DNA from: Bythopirellula sp. | GTDB lineage: Bacteria > Planctomycetota > Planctomycetia > Pirellulales > Lacipirellulaceae | Direction of reading: 5' to 3' | Assembly (NCBI GenBank): GCA_965216565.1 | Contig: OZ244170.1 | Location: 832,001-896,000 of the forward strand | DNA length: 64,000 nt | In this document: positions 59,031-64,000 of the stretch, piece after piece | Layout: the number at the start of each line of letters is the position of its first letter | Numbering within the stretch: position 1 is the stretch's first letter | Notes under the pieces: generated by a model | Seen by the model: only the letters and a program-made list of their open reading frames with translations | Told to the model about the DNA's origin: nothing | Database searches by the model: none | Translations under genes and position numbers: made by a program

Positions 59031-59423
59031 TTACTCCGGAAGTTTCAAGTCAAAGATGAATTCGGGAATCCGTTGGATCTCACCCGCCGAGTTGACACAA
59101 GCGATTGTGCTCTTGCCTTCTACCAGCAATTCTTCTTGGCAAAAGATCTGATACGAATGGTCGATTCGGGCCGCTGTGACTCGTTCCACTGTGGTCACCA
59201 CACGCACAGTATCCCCGAATTTAGCAGGTTGAATATACCGGCACGAGACACTGTGGACGACCAGGTAGGCACCTTGCCGTTCGAGCTCCGCATACTCGAA
59301 GCCCATGGCGGCGAGAAAGCGAACTCGGGCTAATTCGAAATAGGTGAAGTAATTGGCATGGTGGACGACACCCTGGGCGTCTGTCTCGGCGTAGCGGACT
59401 TCGATTTCAATTTCGTGTTGCAT
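59031..59423 (-). CDS. YbgC/FadM-family acyl-CoA thioesterase
   Basis: VRYAETDAQGVVHHANY..YFE.AR. Confidence 0.92.
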   Translation of the reverse strand: MQHEIEIEVRYAETDAQGVVHHANYFTYFELARVRFLAAMGFEYAELERQGAYLVVHSVSCRYIQPAKFGDTVRVVTTVERVTAARIDHSYQIFCQEELLVEGKSTIACVNSAGEIQRIPEFIFDLKLPE

Positions 59424-59761
59424 GGCAGGCGCTTGGTTTTAAGTGATGCGTAGCGAAGCATCGTAGTGGGCCAGCGCCCCAGGAGTCTAGTACCCGCAGG
59501 GCCCTCGGCTGGAGTTTAGAGACCGGTCAGACTGCGTATTCGGAATTTATCAGCGTCGCTATGGATGAAAGCGGGTCTGACGAGCCCGAATGCTTAGTGA
59601 ATAGCCTCCCAGTAAGTTGCAATTCGATGCACGGAACTCTATATTGTGCCTAGGTTTGAGTGTATAAACGACGGCTCATAACCAGCGCAGCAAACCACGC
59701 GTTGGATTTGTCGATGGTTTTGACGCCGTTGATTTTGACATAGTCTCGAAGGGAGGAAGCC

Positions 59762-60253
59762 ATGAGCAGCGGTGAAGGTGCCGGCATCGATTTCGCAACC
59801 ATGCGGGGCCGAGACTATCCCTCAATTCGCCAATTTACCGTGTTCCTCGAAAACCGAGTGGGACAGCTCTCCGAAGTAGTGCGACGATTCGAAGGAAGTA
59901 GCGTTAGAATCGTTGCCCTTTCCGTCTCCGATTCGACCGATTGCGCAGTCGTCCGGTTCTTACTCAGCGATCCCGAGCAAGGGCGCGAGGTGTTGGAGCG
60001 TGCCGGGCTGGCCATGGTGGAAACCGACCTGATCGGCATTGAATTACCCGACTCCCCTCAGCCGATGTTGCAGGTTTGCACCGCCTTGCTGCAATCGGAG
60101 GTGAATATCTCTCAGGTTTATCCCCTGCTCGTTCGACCCCGTGGCCGTCCTGCGGTGGCGTTGATGGTCGACAATATCGACATCGCAATCGAGACACTCG
60201 CCGACAAAGGATTCGTGGCGATCAACGAAGACGATCTGAAATCGGAAGACTGA
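59762..60253 (+). CDS. Tandem ACT-domain protein
   Basis: QFTVFLENRVGQL, second ACT-like repeat; GGAGG RBS. Confidence 0.85.
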   Translation: MSSGEGAGIDFATMRGRDYPSIRQFTVFLENRVGQLSEVVRRFEGSSVRIVALSVSDSTDCAVVRFLLSDPEQGREVLERAGLAMVETDLIGIELPDSPQPMLQVCTALLQSEVNISQVYPLLVRPRGRPAVALMVDNIDIAIETLADKGFVAINEDDLKSED

Positions 60254-60347
60254 GGACGGTTTTGAAATTGCCGTCTGGTGGATAGATTTCCAATCGACGA
60301 CAAACGGTCTTTAGTTACAAGTAGCACTTATCTGGAATAGAGCGGCG

Positions 60348-61061
60348 ATGGCAATTCAAGTAACTTGTCCCGGGTGCCATACCCGGTTCAGCGTAGGGGA
60401 CCAACACGCCGGCAAGTCTGGTGCTTGCCCCAAGTGTAAGGGAGAAATTCAGATTCCCGAAAAGGGGGACGAAGTCGTTATCCATGCCCCCGAGTTGGAA
60501 GCGGGAGCGAAAGACGCCAAGGGCCGTTCGGTCCTCAAGCCAATTAAACGCAAGGAAGCCAAGTTTAGCGTGAGCATCACCGCCATTGTCGCGGGGCTTG
60601 TATTGCTTAGCGTAGCGATTGCCTGGCTGATCAAACAGAATGATCTAGGCGACAGCCTGCTTTTTGTGTTGGGCGCTGGGGCTGTCATTCTCGGTCCACC
60701 TCTTGCGTATGCCGCCTATACGTTTCTCCGTGACGATGAAATGGGCTACTACCAAGGCGTTCCGGTGATGGTGCGGTCGCTTGTGTGTGGGCTAGTTTAT
60801 GCATTGCTTTGGGGAGTGTATATTTTTGTTGGCAATCAGGTTTTTGGTAATGATGCCTTCGAAGAAGGGCTGAACATAGTCCAAATTCTTGGCCTTACCG
60901 TACCCATCATGGTTGTCGGTGCAGGAACGGCGTTCGTGAGCTTCGATCTGGAAATACTGACGGGCTTTTTTCATTACGCCTTGTACTTTGTTGTAACGGT
61001 ATTCTTACGTTGGGTGATGGGATTGGCACTGTTGCCAGGGCTCGTGCTGGGAGGCTCCTAG
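60348..61061 (+). CDS. Membrane protein with N-terminal zinc ribbon
   Basis: CPGC...CPKC followed by about 5 TMs. Confidence 0.82.
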   Translation: MAIQVTCPGCHTRFSVGDQHAGKSGACPKCKGEIQIPEKGDEVVIHAPELEAGAKDAKGRSVLKPIKRKEAKFSVSITAIVAGLVLLSVAIAWLIKQNDLGDSLLFVLGAGAVILGPPLAYAAYTFLRDDEMGYYQGVPVMVRSLVCGLVYALLWGVYIFVGNQVFGNDAFEEGLNIVQILGLTVPIMVVGAGTAFVSFDLEILTGFFHYALYFVVTVFLRWVMGLALLPGLVLGGS

Positions 61062-61127
61062 AGCTCAAGCCTTAACGCCAACTTCTTGCAAACGTTACCG
61101 GCACTCACCTAAATTCGTGCCACTGAA

Positions 61128-62468
61128 ATGCCGATGACAAACTCGCTGCGAGATATTCCTGAGTTGGCAGCCTTAGGGAACGGTCGACGCCTAGTAAGGA
61201 TTCCGCCAGAAATCGACGTCCCGCTGACGCCACGCGTCCAGCAACTGATCGATTCGCCCGAGTTCCGGCGCCTACGGGAGATCAGCCAGCTTGGGCTCGT
61301 TAGCTTGGTCTACCCGGCCGCGCACCACACTCGGTTCGAGCATTCGCTGGGCGTCTATCGCATGGCATTGTTGTTTCTGGACCATCTGGCCGAGGACAGT
61401 CGATTTCAATCGGCGGTTGAACCCCGTGACGCTGAGCGGTTTATCGTCGCCTCGCTCTTACACGATTTGGGGCACTGGCCGTTTTGTCACCCGATCGAGG
61501 ATATCAGTCTACCGAAGATTCCTAACCACGAATTATTTGCCAACAGTTATTTGCTCGAGGGTGAAATTGCAGACGCGCTCCGCGATCAGTGGGACATGGC
61601 TCCCCGCGAAGTGATGGCGATGCTCTCCGGAAAGCCGTCTGATCGCAGCACCCGGATTTGCAAGAGCCTGCTCTCAGGTCCCATCGACGTAGACAAAATG
61701 GACTATCTGATGCGGGACAGTCTGCACGCGGGAGTGCCTTACGGACGGAATTTCGATCAGTCGCGGCTGATTAGCAGCTTATGTCTTAACGAAAATGGCG
61801 ATGGGTTGGGTATTACCGAAAAAGGCAAGACCGCGGCAGAGATGATGGTGTTTGCCAGGTACGTGATGTTCAGCGAAGTCTATTGGCATCATACAGTTCG
61901 CGGAGCCACCGCTATGCTGCAGCGAGCTTTTATCATGCTGCACGAAACTCTCGACCTCGACGCCCTATTCCGCATGTCGGAGCGGCAAATGATCGAGACG
62001 ATGACAGCGGCCGCAGGGGATGGCCCGGCCGCGGATCTTTTAGATGGATTATTCGGCCCGTCACGACGGATCTACAAACGAGTCGCCCAGTACAGTTTGT
62101 TCCAGGCTCCTGAGATCTATCAGCTACTAGCCCGTAAACCATACTCTTGGTTGATTCGCTGTGCCGATAATTTTGCTACGGTGGCGAGTACTGCGCTGTC
62201 GCGGGTTGTAGCACCGCATGAAGTGCTGTTCGACGCACCACCGGTCGAACTGGAAGTAGAATTCGAGATGGATGTCTTCTTTGCCAAGGAGAATTGTTAC
62301 CGCAGCTTGGGTTCGATCTCGCCGGTGGTGAAGACATTAGCTCGTGAGCAATTTGACGATTATGTCAAGCGCGTGCGAATATTTGCCCATCCGCGTTTGG
62401 CAGAGGATCTTCGCAATTGCATGGGCCTTCCCGACATGTTGGCAGAAGCGGTAAGCCAGACGGGTTAG
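61128..62468 (+). CDS. HD-domain phosphohydrolase (YdhJ/dNTPase-like)
   Basis: RLREISQLG..YPAAHHTRFEHSLG, LLHDLGH.PFCH, DVDKMDYL.RD, VYWH. Confidence 0.93.
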   Translation: MPMTNSLRDIPELAALGNGRRLVRIPPEIDVPLTPRVQQLIDSPEFRRLREISQLGLVSLVYPAAHHTRFEHSLGVYRMALLFLDHLAEDSRFQSAVEPRDAERFIVASLLHDLGHWPFCHPIEDISLPKIPNHELFANSYLLEGEIADALRDQWDMAPREVMAMLSGKPSDRSTRICKSLLSGPIDVDKMDYLMRDSLHAGVPYGRNFDQSRLISSLCLNENGDGLGITEKGKTAAEMMVFARYVMFSEVYWHHTVRGATAMLQRAFIMLHETLDLDALFRMSERQMIETMTAAAGDGPAADLLDGLFGPSRRIYKRVAQYSLFQAPEIYQLLARKPYSWLIRCADNFATVASTALSRVVAPHEVLFDAPPVELEVEFEMDVFFAKENCYRSLGSISPVVKTLAREQFDDYVKRVRIFAHPRLAEDLRNCMGLPDMLAEAVSQTG

Positions 62469-62613
62469 TTAATTTCACACGATGGGTATCTCAAAAAATA
62501 ACCCGGTATACTGCTTTTTTCATTTGTCTTTAGATCCGCGTATTTTCCTTCGCGGCCTAGAAACCAACGTATACCACAGGAGAATTGCTATTGAAATTCG
62601 GTTCGGATTCTGA

Positions 62614-62637
62614 GAACTTTTTTTAGCCTCCTGCGTC
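62614..62637 (+). promoter_or_regulatory. Candidate ECF sigma promoter
   Basis: GAACTT...CGTC with AAC-N16-CGT spacing, 11 nt upstream of ATG 62649. Confidence 0.4.
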
Positions 62638-62648
62638 CTTAGGGATAG

Positions 62649-62867
62649 ATGGACGCATACTCCTCAAGGAATCAACCGATGAAGTCAACTGAAAAGCTTA
62701 TGCCGGGGACTTCGAATTCTGAAAGTGTTGAGAACGAAATATCGCGTCTTTCCTGGGCAGTTGTCGATGGCCGGGCCACCGCTGAGCAACGCGAGCGCCT
62801 GGCTGAATTGGTGAGTGCCCAACACAGCCGGCGTCATCCACCCACCTCTGGGAATTCCATTCACTAG
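62649..62867 (+). CDS. Small hypothetical protein resembling an anti-sigma N-terminal helix pair
   Basis: EISRLSWAVVDGRATAEQRERLAELV; alternative ATG at 62679 has an AAGGA RBS. Confidence 0.6.
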   Translation: MDAYSSRNQPMKSTEKLMPGTSNSESVENEISRLSWAVVDGRATAEQRERLAELVSAQHSRRHPPTSGNSIH

Positions 62868-63039
62868 TCGGTGCAAAAAACCCTCCGTGATAAACTGGAG
62901 AGTCTGCGTCTGACTTGACGATAGGGTATTTTAGGCAGAGCTGATGCTCTGTTCTGGCCCGCAATGGACGCGTGTCGCCCGCCGCTCCCCGCCCTCCTAG
63001 ACAAAGCGGTCACAAGTTCCTCCGACCGTCACGCCGTCC

Positions 63040-63669
63040 ATGATGCCTCAAAGTCCGCACTTCTTGCTTTTTTCCGAAGCAAGCCAGGATGAGTCTGCCA
63101 CGTTGAAGTGGCGATTCGTACTCCAAAACGTCCGCACTAAGCAGCGGCTCACTGCGACCGATTCGGAGCCGCTTGAGAGCTGCAGCGAGCGATTAGAGCT
63201 GCTTGCCGTCGTCCGAGGCCTAGAGGCGCTCGAATGCCCAGCGCAAGTCACACTGGTCACCAAGAGCCGCTATGTTAGCCGCGGCATTAAGAAGGGTCTG
63301 GCCGAGTGGCGCGAGAACGATTGGAGCTGGGAACGCTTCGGACGAATGGTCGCCGTACGCGATCATGACTTGTGGAAACGTATCGATCGTGCCCTCAGTT
63401 TCCATGAGGTCGACTGTCAGGCGTGGCTGTTCGAAATGCCGGAGCGACATTCCGTGCAGCCCGCCGCCTGTGGGGCTTCGACGGAGACCTCATCTACAGA
63501 ATCTGCCGGGGAGCCCAATTCTCCACGTTCGCATCAGCGTAGCCGCCTGCGGTCGCCTCGCAAGATTAGAAACCGGAAGGCAACGTCCTGGTCGGGCCGT
63601 TGGACAGAGGCGGTCGATGCTCTTTCGCGTCCGATGGGGTTATCGCTGGGGTCCGGATCGGCCGGATAA
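63040..63669 (+). CDS. RNase HI-like protein with degenerate active site
   Basis: RLELLAVVRGLEAL, VTLVTKSRYVSRGI..W...W, VRDHDLWKRID; lacks TDG and TDS. Confidence 0.82.
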   Translation: MMPQSPHFLLFSEASQDESATLKWRFVLQNVRTKQRLTATDSEPLESCSERLELLAVVRGLEALECPAQVTLVTKSRYVSRGIKKGLAEWRENDWSWERFGRMVAVRDHDLWKRIDRALSFHEVDCQAWLFEMPERHSVQPAACGASTETSSTESAGEPNSPRSHQRSRLRSPRKIRNRKATSWSGRWTEAVDALSRPMGLSLGSGSAG

Positions 63670-63753
63670 CCTTCCTATCTCAGCTAGATTTTCATTGTTT
63701 TCAGTGCCATTGACGCCTCATTTGAATTAAAACAGTAGAAGAAGGATCGAATC

Positions 63754-64000
63754 GTGCGTTCCCAAGTTGATGTAAAGCAAATAGCACCAGTAGTTTATGG
63801 TTACCACGAGAATCCGTTTAACGTCTTAGGACCCCATCGGATCGAGGATAATGGCCGCCAGGCGTTGGCGGTGAGGGCATATTTACCAGAATCTCAGCAA
63901 GTGTGGCTCGTCGATCCCCTGAAAGGATCGTCCCAGCCCATGCGACAGATTCACCCGGCTGGGCTGTTCGAAGCAGTCACCAGTCCGGAGATTTTCGATA
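63754..64000 (+). CDS. glgB: 1,4-alpha-glucan branching enzyme, N-terminus (truncated by window edge)
   Basis: GTG after AAGGA RBS; translation GYHENPFNVLGPH...VRAYLPES...MRQIHPAGLFEA matches the GlgB N-terminus. Confidence 0.85.
   Translation, partial: MRSQVDVKQIAPVVYGYHENPFNVLGPHRIEDNGRQALAVRAYLPESQQVWLVDPLKGSSQPMRQIHPAGLFEAVTSPEIFD

Overview
This window is bacterial chromosomal DNA. Gene content points to a planctomycete of the Pirellulales/Lacipirellulaceae type: DUF1571-like and other lineage-typical hypotheticals, a membrane Ser/Thr kinase, an FHA histidine kinase, and rsmH outside a dcw cluster. This assignment is inference. About 55 protein genes are visible, and no rRNA, tRNA or CRISPR array was found. 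Main blocks: Tad pilus genes (tadA/B/C, TPR protein, Flp pilin); rsmH/queA; iscA-iscS-NUDIX-alpha-2-macroglobulin; wcaJ; a tpx-aquaporin-cytochrome c peroxidase run; skp-lpxC-lpxA-gnnA-like; xylB; a specialised FAS-II cluster (fabF-acp-two phytoene-desaturase-like oxidoreductases-fabZ-fabI) with oleA nearby; and the 5' end of glgB. The most unusual signal is in the intergenic DNA. Spacers inside conserved operons repeatedly hold small cassettes bounded by inverted repeats, built from 7-9-bp tandem units or REP-like hairpins. Two cassettes carry a nuclease-fold cargo gene: a GxxExxY PD-(D/E)XK gene and a Y1/HUH transposase. Several others are empty. Also noted: two frameshifted genes and two probable pseudo-enzymes. 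All calls come from reading motifs by eye; no database search was run.
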